Position numbers and translations under genes: made by a program
Part shown: positions 42,207 to 56,304 of the stretch, piece after piece
Numbering within the stretch: the stretch's first letter is position 1
Layout: each line of letters starts with the position of its first letter
Notes under the pieces: model-generated
What the model was told of the DNA's origin: nothing
What the model saw: the letters and a program-made list of their open reading frames with translations, nothing else
The model's database searches: none
NCBI GenBank assembly: GCA_025201805.1
Contig: MU619278.1
Location: 129,738 to 193,737, forward strand
Reading direction: 5' to 3'
Source of the DNA: Parasitella parasitica NRRL 2501
Taxonomy: Eukaryota > Fungi > Mucoromycota
DNA: 64,000 nt

Positions 42207-44210
42207 CTATTCTTCTGACAGTGTGCCCAGCTCATTACTGCGACGAATGGAAGAAATGGACGAACCAGATGACTTTCTGGATGTTGTTTCTGCATTTTCT
42301 TCTTCACTTAAAGAGCCAACAGCGCTGTCACTGCTTACAACGGCAGAAGTTTCAGGCTCTTCTTTAACAGGAGTCCAACCCATGCCACTCATTCTACGTA
42401 ACGCTTTAGCCCAACTACTCGAGCCGTTGCTACTTGTGCTGGTAGACTTTGATGCTTCAGGTTGTGGCCCTCCTTTTGTTACTATAGATGAATGTCTGCG
42501 TTTATCTTCCTGCGAAGAGGCTAGATTGGAAGGTTCCTGAAGAGTTTCAATGGAAGGTAGATAGGATGGTTTGAATCCCCAGGATGAGATGGTTCTGCGA
42601 CGATTACGGTTGGCTGAAGTAAGTAATTTAGATGCTGCTCCATTTGCAGCAGGTTCAACAGTTGATACAGTTTTAGTAGGTGTTGGCCCTACTCCTCTTT
42701 CACTATTTGCTCCTGCTCCTGCTCCTTCTCCTTCTCCTTCTGCTGGATTATTTGCTAGGTCAGATGATTTTTGATTTGTAGGTGTTGTGGGCTGATCGAT
42801 ACTAAGAACATCTTCCAGTTGCTTGTTGTTGATAATCTTCATTAATATCTTGTTCATGTAAAGTTGGAGTGCACGATTTGTATCTTGGAGGGTCTTGATT
42901 TCTTCGTTTAATTCTATTCAGATGTATTTAGTAAATGCTACATGCCATTGTGTGAATTAACAAAATACTTTGAATAGTTCGATCTGATTGATTATTCCAA
43001 TCCGGTACAGACGAGGCCAATTCAGCAGCAAGGTTCAAACCTTGGTTATTACTTGAAGTGCTGATCGATTCTTTCATAGCCGGGCTATCTTCCACCTGAT
43101 ATGGCGTTAATATATCTATATTTATAGGGATATACGTACTATTGAAATTTTACCTGCATAATTGGATTCATGATAAATTCACCGTTGATGGTCTTTTCAT
43201 GTAACAAGATTTGATAACTTTCGTTTTCCTCCATCAACCCTTGATATAATTTTTTAATGCTAGCAATCTCATGCTGTAAATGAGTTTCATGAAGTGATTT
43301 ATCTTGTAATTCGGTTTTTTGCTCTTGAATAACTGACTTTAATTTCTCGACTTCGTTTTTCAAATCGAAAATCAACTTGTCTTGAGCTTTGATGGTTCTT
43401 TGGGCGATTTTTGTTTCGCGGGCATAGGAAGAGTCCATTACAGCTAATTTTGAAGCAGGTCTCTCGTTCGCTAACAATGAATATCTGCCATTGTTGTCGT
43501 TTGAAGCTGCACCCGGTTGCTGTTCGCCAATATTGGATAGGCCGCTTGTAAATGGACTCATAATGCCCACTGTACTGGTGGTGACGCTACGTTTTCTGGT
43601 TGTGCGCGGTGTGCGTGGCTCGCCTGTGTTACTGAGACTGAGAGTTCTGATTTGGTTATAGAGATCTGCTTCTTTTTGTTGCCATAGAGACTTATCGGTT
43701 TCATAAACCTGTAACTATAAACAAGAATGTTTTTTAATTTACACAAGAAGATGGTTTCGTGCAACATTAGGGTCCTTACTTCAAAGCTTAGTTTTTTTTC
43801 AATGTCTTTCTTGGCTTTTGTAAGTTGTTGAATCTCTTTTCTTAGAATACCCAGGTCTTGCTCGTGAGCGTACAATTGAGTCTCGAGGCGAGCTTGAGTG
43901 TTGCCATAATTTGAATTGTCTAGTTGGATAGCAGCCAATTTCTGTATAATAGTAAAATGGTTAATTAGTAAAGAACTCGTATTCTGTCAAGGTCCACGAG
44001 AAACTTTACTTGTCTTAAATAATCATTGTCGTTGTTCAGTGCTTTATGTTGTTTTGTCTGATTATCAATGTCATGTCGAAGCTTTTATCCCTTCATTAGT
44101 AAAAGGCATTTCATTGTATTGCCGCATCTTACCTCATTTTCAATTTCTTGCCCTTGCTTTATCTGTTCTTGCAACGATTGTATCAAAATAGCAAGTTCGT
44201 CGGTGGTCAT
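42207..44210 (-). CDS. Coiled-coil protein with a Rab11-FIP RBD-like motif, multi-exon
   Basis: ATG at 44210; heptad-rich exons; LNEEIKTLQDTNRALQLYMNKILMKII resembles the FIP-RBD signature; Ser-rich tail. Confidence 0.7.
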
Positions 44211-45335
44211 CTTTTGTATGTTTGTAAAAAAATAAAAAATAAAAACAAGTTTTTCGAATAAACAAGAGAGAACAAAGAAATTTTGGGTGTTTTGTTGTTT
44301 GTATAAATATATTTATATATATTTATATATAAAAGGGAGAAAGGGGAAAAGGGGATGAAGGGATTTCAAAGGTTCAAGAAAATGTGAAAAAAGGAATTTA
44401 ATAAAAACAAACAACACTTTCATAAACAAGATATCGCCAGCAAGCAGTTAGCTATTTGTAAGGCAGTGATACTAACATTTAGTATCAGTGTTCAAAAGCT
44501 GAGCTTTGCCATAATATCGTGCTATTTGTACCACAGATAGCTTGTTGCCTCTCCTCCTTTTCTGGTTTTCCATAAAATCATGGGACCTTTCTTTCACATT
44601 TTCGCTCCTCAGTTGCAAATACGTTTATTACTTGGGTAATTGGCAGCGTATAAGAAATCCTAAAACGAAAAATCATGTATAATATCGCGGGGCTATGTGC
44701 GGGTGTATTTTGGCAAAGTTTCAATGCCTCAAGCTGTGAAGCCATAGTATTAAAAAAATCTGAATTTTAATACGGGAGTAGTTATACATCTTGTAAAGAT
44801 TTGTTTCTCGAATCTCTTTACAAAACAGTTATACTTGTATTTTTACTTCTATAATCCATTGTGCCAAAATTGCTTTAGAGTGTTTTTTTTATTTTGTAAT
44901 ATTAGCTAAAACAGCATATTTTTGGAGAACGTATAATGTGCCAGTATCACGTTTTTCAATAAATTTTTGCTGTCAGCAATACTCAGTTCCAATGTTAACT
45001 TTTCTATTGATTGACTTACCATCAATGTTGATTTATATCTCAATCAACCATCCAATTTTTTTTGCTACTTATATATAACTGACGTAATTTACTACTTGAT
45101 ATAACCTTGTTTTTATCTCTTCAATGCTGTTGATTATGAGAATTTGATAGAAATCATCAATGATGATGATATGGAGAAGCCATTCAATATCCGAAAAAGG
45201 TGAATCAATTAGATGTGACTCGAGCGATAATAACGGAAAATGTCAATGAAAAGGAAGAACCCCGAGTTTAAATAAGAAGTGCTCAAAGTGCAACTCTTTC
45301 TCTTCATTTCAAAACTCTTTAATTCCTCAATTGAT

Positions 45336-46494
<1,159 letters not shown>

Positions 46495-46568
46495 GTCACA
46501 TTTGCAAGTCTATAGAAACAAAGTGGAAGCTTCAGAACCCCTTTAATGTCTTTTTATTTTTAACCAAT

Positions 46569-47562
46569 ATGTTACTTGATACTTTAAATCATAAAAAACT
46601 ACTTAATGTACCGTGGGCTATCCGTAGAGTCGAAAATAAAACTTATTATGTCAAATACATGTTCGAAGAGAATGAATATGCAGTTCTAGTCACTGATTTA
46701 CGTTTGGTTTGGTTTGAACATGGCGATTTTAAACGCATTCAACAGAATGGCAAAGTACAGAGCATCGATATAGAATCCGAAAAAGAAGCAATAGCAGTTT
46801 TGACTCGCTTAAAGCAGTTATTTATCGATAGCATCTCTCGCTGTAGCATTAAAAAAGAAGCCAGTAAAATCAGCCTACACTGTAAACCTAGCATGAGCCA
46901 AATCCAAAATAGAATAAACACCCTTTCCTGGATATTTAAATGCGAGTTACTTGATCAAGAGAGTATCAGTGATGATGCATTGAGTGGACCGGAAGTTGTT
47001 TACGAACATTTTATTCAACCTAGTCAAGCAATTGTTAATCATTTTACCGAAAACATGTCAGGTAACATTAACCATGTGGCAAATGATGCATTGGATTGGC
47101 TAAATTATGTGTTTTAAATGAATAGATGAAAATCAAATTAAATTAAAGATGGTAAGCATATGAAGCAATTATTGGTTTATTGCATTGATCAATAAATGAT
47201 AGATGAAAGCATCAGCGTCTATGTACTCGACTACATCTTTATGTTATATATCTGAATTAATAAATGATGAAAGTAAGGAACCGGCAAAAAGAAGAATTTT
47301 GGTTATTTATTGACCATGCATTCAGATACTGGAACCATTGCAACAGTTACACAGTCGCCCCAAGAGAAACTAGAACCTCCAAGTCCAAAAGAAGAGATAC
47401 CCATGATAGTATGTAATTCACCAAATCTTTATTAAGTTTTATTAATTTTGAAAATAGACAGATGAAGAGCTGAAAGAAAGGAAAAGAAAAGAAACACAAT
47501 TATTAGAGCAGGAGGAAAGAAAACGATTGATGGCCGCCAGTAAAAAAAGAAGAAAGCTTTAA
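46569..47562 (+). CDS. XLF/Cernunnos (XRCC4-superfamily)-like NHEJ factor, 5 exons
   Basis: YAVLVTDLRLVWFE head-domain motif; four phase-consistent GT-AG introns; basic C-terminus SKKRRKL* resembling the XLF Ku-binding tail. Confidence 0.7.
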
Positions 47563-47939
47563 AGCCTCGTGGAAGGGGTAAATGGACTTCCTCTTTCTGT
47601 GCACAAAATAAACTTTTTGTCGCAGCTCGACATGTGGGAATTATCTTGCTGTTGCTGCTGTAAATAACGGTCAAATTCATCTGATGGTGAAGGAGGCATA
47701 TAAATACCATGAACATTAACTGTAGACAATTTGATCATATCTGTTGATGTTGCGGGTGATGTTTCTAATGACAGACTAGTGGATTTTTGTCTCGGTAAAA
47801 GTTTGCCAACAAATGAAATTTTTGAAAGTTGATTCTTTTTTGGATTTTTTATTTGCGTTGCAACTTTTTCGATGCTTGATCTCGATTGCCAGAAAGAACC
47901 CTTCTTCACATGTACATTTTGAGGCTCTAAAGAAGGCAT
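47559..47939 (-). CDS. Small disordered fungal hypothetical protein (126 aa)
   Basis: ATG at 47939. IKLSTVNVHGIYMPPSP resembles a KLSxVNxxGxYLPPSP motif I recall from fungal hypothetical proteins (recalled, not searched). Confidence 0.65.
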   Translation of the reverse strand: MPSLEPQNVHVKKGSFWQSRSSIEKVATQIKNPKKNQLSKISFVGKLLPRQKSTSLSLETSPATSTDMIKLSTVNVHGIYMPPSPSDEFDRYLQQQQQDNSHMSSCDKKFILCTERGSPFTPSTRL

Positions 47940-48853
47940 TGTGTTGAGTAATAAAGAAAAAAAAAATAGTACTTTCCAGATGTGGGAAGTAGTTGTCTTT
48001 TTTAAATAACAATGAGTACTAATTTTCATCATTTTATGCAGGTGAGGTAACACCACTATTCAACACCACACGCTCTTAAACGATTTAGAGCTAGCTGAAA
48101 ATCTCATTATAAAGTTAAATCCAGAAAAATATTTAAATCACTTAAAACTGTGTTTTTGATACAGATTTTTTTTTACCCAAACAACGCAGAGTTGTAAAAA
48201 TAAAATGACAAACGAAATGAAGGACTCGCCGGAATTTGGAGAGAACACCTTTAGAAAGGAAGGCCATCTAAAAAGTAGCCTTCTTTCATGGACATAAAAG
48301 CTCAGATGAAGCATTTAATTATTTGAGTTCAATGAAGAAACTAAATATATCGAAGTGCATGCACAAGCAAGCATAAACACACACTGGGAAATGCCACCTC
48401 CAGAGCTTTTGCTGCTACTACTGTTTCTCTCAAAAAGTAGCGTATTTAAGTAGATATATGCGTTCCTGAGTGAAAATAAAGCATGTATCAGATATAGCTC
48501 TGATTATTGCATTATCATACAAATAGCAACGTGGCTTGATTTGCTCTTTGGGCAAATTGATAGGTGTTTTCTGTACTAAAGTTAGTATTGTTGCAGCCAA
48601 CTGTTTATATATGGTCATGCCAATGAGAATGATAAGATTGTATCAGATGATCTTGACTCCAGGGTACGATATTTATATTTGATCTGGGTCTTGCGAAAAG
48701 GATATAGAAAATGCAATCTGCTAAAAAAAAAGTATAATCTTTCAAAATAGGCCATTAAGCGGGGGAAAAGTTGATATCTCAGATTTGGTGGTAATTCGTT
48801 CGTCCAAAAAGGAACGTATACAAAAATAATTTTTGGGCTCGTATTATGATGTA

Positions 48854-49292
48854 CAGTGCTTCCGCCCTCAATTTAACGATTTTTTGAAAAGCCTGGCCGC
48901 TTTTTCGAAAAATTTTGCGCGCATTTTTGAGTTCAAGTTGACCAGAAAAATAAACCTAATTTGGTCAGCTATTTGAAAACAATTTGACCAGCCTTTTGAA
49001 ATATATCCTTGTAGTTTACAACTGGAAACAGGTACTGCAATCACAAGTTCAAACAGATTCAACACAATTGCAAAATCGATGTAAATCACTAATATTGTAA
49101 AATGACGTGGTTCTACTAACTAGCAAGCAACACAAGTAGCAAGTAGCAAGTTAGCGAGTCGTCTCAATTTATAATAAAAATCACTGCAAACCGTTCCTGA
49201 TCAAATCACTACAATAAGCCATTTCCAATATTAGACTACCATGTTTTACCGTAGCGAAACGTTGCTGCAAAAACATTAAAATCAAGGCACTG
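48854..49292. mobile_element. Possible non-autonomous Tc1/mariner-derived element (~440 bp)
   Basis: TA|CAGTGC...GCACTG|TA ends with TA flanks; weak further inverted similarity; same terminus type as at 59606. Confidence 0.35.
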
Positions 49293-49832
49293 TATCAAGC
49301 CAATTCCAACATTTGAGAATTATGTTTTTACCGCAGCAAGCGAAGGTGAAAAACAATTGATGTTTATCTCGAAGGTGAAGCGGGCCTGCGGCAGCACGTG
49401 CTGTAAGCCACGTAGCGGCGTCGTACAGCTCGTTTTTTTTAATTTTTCGTTTTCTTTTTTCTTATAAGGTAAGAGGCTGCCACAGAGGACAGAGGAAGGA
49501 TGGCCGTTCGTTTTTATCAAGATTCTTGGTTTTCAAAAGAACACCACAGTACTTTGATCTTCCAGCCAATGATCTGGATTTCAAGTGTTTGCATACCTTA
49601 TAAGTCTGTATGAATCTACAGGAGTCAAGCTTATGCATTGCCTGTCGTCGATAGGCCACAAAGGAGTATCACGGTGACTGTTTTCATAGCACATGGAGAA
49701 GCGTACAATGTGTTTGTGCCTGTATATTTGTGTGTGTGTGTATGCCACAAATGTAGTTTAGCAATGAAAAAAAAAAAATAGGCTCCAGCTCTGAATACGT
49801 TCCCTTTTCTCTCCCCTTTCATACATTTTGAT

Positions 49833-52800
49833 ATGGAAGACCAGTTCCCAGTAAACTCTGGGGATGTCGCACCTCCTTCTCAGGCAACAAACGTGCTTTC
49901 GCATCAACTCAACACAAACAACTTTCAATTTAATACAAATGGCACGAGGAGGAAGCATAAGGAAGCCGTGCGCTCTGCTAGCAAAGTAAGGTAAATTTGG
50001 TCTAGTTGTGTGTTGTAAATACTAATCTTCTTTGCATTTATAGTTGAAACTGGAGCGTATTCTAGGGCTCACTTCAATATCATCCAATATCTTGGCGACA
50101 GCGAATGATCTCATTGCTTATGCAGCAGGCGCTGTTGTTGTTGTTTACAACCACAAGCGAAACAAACAAGTGGCATTTTTGTATCCACCAGCTGTCATAC
50201 AGCCAGCTGCATCAAACAACAATAGCGGCAATATAAACAGCAGCAACACGAACCAGCCATCAGCAATGCCTCTAATCACCCCTCTTGGAGGCGGAAACAG
50301 TAATAATGGTGAAATATTAACCACTTCTCAGAATATCCCTATTGACGAAAATAAGTCTACGCCTGCTGGCAATCGTGCGAAACCCATCAGCTGCTTGGCA
50401 TTATCACCTGATGGAAACTATTTAGCTGCTGGAGAGGTTAGGCGCAACAAAACAACCAAAGACTAGTCACTAACTGTTTTGCTGTTATAGATGGGGCATC
50501 AGCCTAGAATCTTCATTTGGGATGTAAAGGAGAAAAAGCTGCTTCGAGAAATTAGATCGCACAAGTTTGGCGTTCTTTCATTGACATTTTCTCCGAATAT
50601 GAGATACCTGGTTTCAGTTGGATTTCAGGTACATATTTTTGATATGATGTATATAGATGAATTAACTGGCAACCTCTTGTCAATTAGCACGACGGGTATC
50701 TGTATGTTTGGAATTGGAAAAAGGGTACCAAGTTGGCTGGCAACAAAGTAACTAGTAGGGTAAATGCTGTATCATTTTCAAAAGATGGATCTTATTTTGT
50801 CACTGCTGGGCTGAGACATGTAAAATTCTGGTACTTGGATGCTCGAGGTCGCATTCCAAAAAGAGTGAGTAGATTGTATTAAAGGGTGCCTGCTAGCCAC
50901 TGATTTGGGTGTATACGTACATCATAGGGGAACTTGTCGTCAAGAGAAACTCAGGTGCTGGATGGTAGATCAGGAATACTAGGTGTGCTACGAGATGCTA
51001 ATTTTGTCAATGTTGCTTGTGACCAGAGTGGCAATACTGGTTACACCTACTTCATTACAGACACTGGCATTTTGTGCATCTTCAAGGAGGGAAGAGTCAT
51101 TGATAAATGGGTTGATCTTCAGGTAAACAAAAACAGTAGCACTTGATAGGTTTCATGTGTATAAACAATGCCCATTAGGTCAAAAATGCGTTCTCCATTG
51201 CAGTGTCGTCAAATTATGTGATATGTACTTGCTCAGAAGGCGTCATTCGGTAGTGTACCTTTTTTTTATTAAAATGTAATGCACTCCTACTTTTTTCGCG
51301 TATGGCTAACATTTTTTTTTTTTTTGTATACAATAGCCTGTTTGAACCAGTTACACTGAAATATGCGGGGATATTGCCAAAACCTCATCCTTTAGGCACT
51401 GATATTAGTTTGGTGACTTCGCCTGAAATGGTTCGTCCTGCAGATGAGTCCACATCTTATCCCGATGCCATTGCTATGGTCTATGATGAGATTGCGCAGA
51501 GAGTAATATCAGTGTATTCGGACCGTAGTCTGTATGTTTGGGACATTAGGGACTTGACAAAGATTGGAAAGTACAGAAGTTTTATATTTCATAGTGATTG
51601 CGTGTGGGGCGTTGAGGTAAGTGTATTATAATACAGCGAAGAATCAGCATTTGTCAATCCTCTCCTTTTTTTTTTTTCTTTTTTTTTCTAGCCCTGTCCA
51701 ACTGTTGAGCGTGTGGATAATGCAATCCCATTGAATTCGTTTGCCACTTTCTCGGCTGATGGTACAATTCGTATTTGGAATTTAGACAACCCCATTCACT
51801 CCTCCTCATCATCACCATTATCACCACAGCAACAACTGAGCCGTGCAATGTCTCCCAGCAGTAGCACAGCTGTTGGCGCACATCGACGAAACATTTACTC
51901 GCGCGAACTTGTAAAGATGATATATGCTGATCCTGATGCTGCTGAGTTCTCAAAAGTCAAAGGGGACATGGACTTTGGGGAAGATCAATGCCCTGATTTT
52001 GGAATTCGATCTCTGAAAATGAGCGCTGATGGGCAAATAATGGCTAGCGGCGATCGCAATGGCAACATGAGGGTGCATGATATGAATTCTTGGAAGATGT
52101 TGACGTACCAAGAAGCCCACGACTCTGAAATTTTATCCATTGACCTAACGACTCCAAAAGACAAAGGTATGCATTTGTGGCTTTTATTACAAATTGTGGT
52201 ATTCATCTTACCCTTGTTTGATTAGATGCACCAAGCTTGATTGCAACAGCGAGCAGAGATCGACTTCTCCATATTTTTGATGTCAAGTCTAATTTTCAGC
52301 TCGTCCAAAGTTTAGACGATCACTCATCATCCATTACTGCAGTTAAATTCTCTGAAGATTCGAACCGATTGATCAGCTGTGGCGCAGATAAAGGAATCAT
52401 TTTTCGACATCGCACTCATCCTGTCACTCCATTTCACGATGCAGTGCCTCGACCCTACTCCTCCTATCATAATTATTCGGGGAGAAGCACAGTATTTGAT
52501 ATGGCACTCGATTTGAATGACCGCTACATAGCAACGGTAACAGGAGAACGCAAACTGTATGTGCTGAGTGTCGAATCCGGTAAGCCTTTCCGTATTTGCA
52601 AACCAGAGACGTCAGACGAAACGGGGAAAGTGTCAGAAAACTCAGGTGGCAGCTTGATCAACATTGATTTGGATCCATTTTCTGGCACATATGCTGTGAC
52701 AAGCGGCTCGGATCGATGCATTCGATTGTTTGATCTTACAAGCAGTAGTTGCATCGAGAAAGTGTCCGCTCACTCTGAAATGATCACCGCTGTCAAATTC

Positions 52801-55035
52801 ATCCGAACCAATACTGAAGAAGATGGTCTGCGAGTAGTGAGCACATGCTCAGATGGCACTGTGTTTGTATGGAAAGTCAGTCAAGAGATCATAGCAAAAA
52901 TGTGTGCAAGAGCAACCGAAAGAGATTCAAGAATGGGCCAAAAACTTAAAGTAGCAGTTGAAGAAGACAATGGCAATAGACGCACGAGAAAAGGATCCAC
53001 GGCCGCAGCGGTGCGTCCTACAGCTAGTATATCACAAATGATACGCCAAGGAGAACGGAAAACTTTTTCCACAATGTCGCCTACAGAGCAAAAATACGAT
53101 GATTTATACAAAAAGATTGCTATTTCGTCAGGGAGACGAAGCAATCGAGATAGCCAGGTAGCAGCTAATAATAATATACCCATCAATACCGTCAACACAA
53201 ACAATAATATGCATTTTCAACCACACCAACCACAAATTAATGACACAGCGACAGTTCCAACTGCCCATACTAATCGAATCAGCCATCCAAGTAATAACAG
53301 AGCCTTTTTTAGCCGCAGAGATAAAGATGCTAACAATGGTAGAAAGTCGCCACCTGATCGGATTGGAGGAAAATTAGATAGGCTCTACAACGGTCTCCCT
53401 ACCAGTGGAAATAGCGGCAGAGACAAGGCATTGAATCAAGCTGCCTCACCAGCAGGCCTGGCTCAGTACCGTCAGCAGCAGACACCCCCCTCTCCGTCTA
53501 GAATGAACCAAGTGCTGCGAAGAGCCATGTCAAGAGACGCGCTGAAAAAAGACCAGGAAGCAAGGAAATCATTTACTGCATTCAGTCCACAAAAGCAGAA
53601 TCAGGAACGTGAAACACCTGTATCACCCGCCATACATAGAAGGAGCAGCCAGCCTGTGTTCTCGACTAATCATGCAGTAGCAAGCAAAAGACTTGGTGAT
53701 CAACATTTGAACATAGATACTGAAGCTTGTACATCTATCGCTGAAGGTAAGTCGTGGCGGCACACTGTGCACAGCTGTCACAAAGGTACTCATGCTTATA
53801 TTAAAGATGGATCAGACAATGATGCTGATGATGTGGATGATTCAAATCGGGATCAGGACGAAAACGAGGAGGAGGACGAAGACGATTATGATGAAGAGGA
53901 AGAAGAGGAAGAGGAAGAGGAGATTATATTTACTCCTGAACAAGACAAAACCAGCAAGCCGTTTGAAGTTTCATTGCACCATGCACCCTCCGCCGATGAT
54001 GATACTGGAGAAGATGAAGAGGATGGCAGAACCACTCCTGTTTCAGATAATGAAACGCAAATCAAGGTAGACGAAGAGGATGATGGCTCAAGTGAAGACA
54101 ATGTGGATGATGCAATTAACCGCGATATTGTTGCCCGTGAACCGCCCCGTGTTTCAACCTCTTTAAGCCGAACTTCGAGTTCTGTGAAGGGTAATCGTCG
54201 TCGTAGTGCTTTATTTGACACTTCTACTGGACGTACATCTTGTGACCTTATACCGCCTTCTTCACCTCCTGACGAGCAAGACAACACTGGTTCCATGAAC
54301 GGAACCGCCACCTCTAATACTGCATTTAAGGAAATACAAAAAAAGCTCCAAAAAGCAGCCAAAAGACAGAGTATCACTGCTCGCTTCTTGTCTTCATTGA
54401 CAAAGTCAGATGGATCGCCAGCGTCGTCTTCACCCTCGAGGCCATCACTGGATCATATCATGAGCTCATTTCAAGATATGGCCAATAATGCTAAACCCGA
54501 AGTAATAGCGACAGCTCTTTCTCTTCCTCCTACCTCTTTAATGCGCACTAGTTGGACAGATCCACAATCATCAAAAATTCCAGTTGAAAAATTAACAATC
54601 GATGTTGCTCCTCCAATTCCATATATTGAAAACAAGGAGCCTCTGGTGGCTGTTGTTGCACAGGATGTTTCAATGAAAGAAGCGACCTTTAAATTAACTA
54701 CACCCATAATACCACCACGACAAGATGATTCCACCGTAGAAAATGCACTGGCCGATATAGATGGTGTTTCCACACTTCTGGATAGCGTATTAGAAGTGTA
54801 TTCATCCAAATTGAAATCGCCAAATGGCTGCAGCGAAAAAGCGATTACTACTATAGAAGATAAACTGAATCAGGTCGCACACAGGATTTTGAAAGCTCTG
54901 CAGCAGAAAGGACCCAATCCGGCAATGAACCAAGTTTCCAATACGACCCCACTAACAACACCCGAAATAACGGACTTACTGGAAAAGTATTCTACCATGC
55001 TGCTCAGCATGGTCGAAAGCAAATTAAATAACTAG
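49833..55035 (+). CDS. MAPKBP1/WDR62-like WD40 protein with long disordered C-terminus
   Basis: [41 protein letters not shown] and [11 protein letters not shown] motifs; ATG at 49833; ~10 short introns. Confidence 0.88.
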
Positions 55036-55304
55036 TCAATTACAGATTAGTGTATAAATGTACAGATTTTGGCTTGATTTGCATTCGAATAAAATTGTTG
55101 TACGATGCTCGTTTGAAGTAGAATGGTACACATATTTTACTGATTAACCTTCAAATAAAGTCGAAAAGTTCGATATACCTTGGGAAATATGGATCCAGGA
55201 ATTTCGTGATATATATTGGGCTGACGTCTGTTTTTTCAACAAAGTTAGTAAAATAATCTTCAATAGAACGCTCTTTTATCACTAATCCAAAAATACAACT
55301 GATC

Positions 55305-55526
55305 ATGACTTTAACAGATATTACCAACAACTATTTTACAGTTCGTAAACAACTTGGCAATTATGCCTGTGGGCTTATTATCGGCAGATATCAAGCTAAA
55401 CAAAAGATCACTCAAATTTCACATGAAATGTGCTTACCAAAGTCAATTATTACTGATTGTGTCGATCGCCACAATAAAACAAGAAGTGTAGTAATCCAAA
55501 AACGTAGGGGGAGTTTTTACCTCTGA
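55305..55526 (+). mobile_element. Tc1-like transposase N-terminal HTH remnant (truncated)
   Basis: RKQLGNYACGLIIG..ITQISHEMCLPKSIITDCVDRHNKT..KRRG matches the Tc1 paired-like HTH leading into GRP; no DDE domain follows. Confidence 0.7.
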
Positions 55527-55534
55527 AGTTGTTT

Positions 55535-56304
55535 CACCAAGTCAGATGTTTTATACACATTACCTAATTTTAAAAAATTCAAATTGTCTGCCGTGTGTCG
55601 TTGTAGAAGTTCAGTACACTGGCAATATGTCCTTTTATCGTCCATTGATCGATTATGGTTTATCGGTAACGAAACGATATTCGGTATCTCCAGTTGTACT
55701 TGCCATTATCATTGCCAATACCACGACAGAATTGTCTGATCTTGCCGTCTACCTTGCCATGGTTGGGCAAAATCTTGCTACTTGCTTAATTCTTCATCGA
55801 TTTCTGATCATTTGCAGTTCACTTCTCTTAATCCACTCGTCGCTCTGGAATATTTCCTTATCCAGCAAAAGCCATCACTACAATTTGTTGATCGAAATTG
55901 ACGACAAAACGATCCAATTACTCTATACCATTGCGCAACAAATTTTTGTTGATGGATTGAAGCAAATTGAATCAATGATCATGGCAAAAGATCTGGACGA
56001 AATCCGCGATCAATGTACACGGGCAAAATCGTATTTGCTTGAAGATGTTTTAGATGAAAGCTCAAAAAAACGTACTGTAGACTGTTTAGATAAAGTGTTA
56101 GTAAGGGTTGACGAGCCACGAAAGAAGCAAACAGGATATGTACTGTGAAATAATACCAATAATCTGGTAATCAAATATTGGCAATTGGTTGACAAGCACT
56201 ATGAAGACCATGGCCCATTAAATTGGGAAACCATCTTTACGCTTGGTAAAGCAAAAGAGCTTTCTGGTAGTTATTCAAAATAGACCAGTGTCAAATCAGC
56301 ATAA
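55535..56304 (+). pseudogene. Rpn/PD-(D/E)XK_2-like nuclease pseudogene, copy A (5'-truncated, frameshifted)
   Basis: Across frameshifts it reads TKSDVLY / LPCVVVEVQ..SFYRPLIDY / CHGWAKSCYL..NPLVAL / DDKTIQLLYTIA / LNWETIFTLGK..SYSK*TSVKSA. It is colinear with copy B. Confidence 0.7.

Noticed and set aside
44700-44870. Hairpin TTGTAAAGA..TCTTTACAA and short inverted matches
   Set aside because: Short and AT-rich; no defined termini or TSD.
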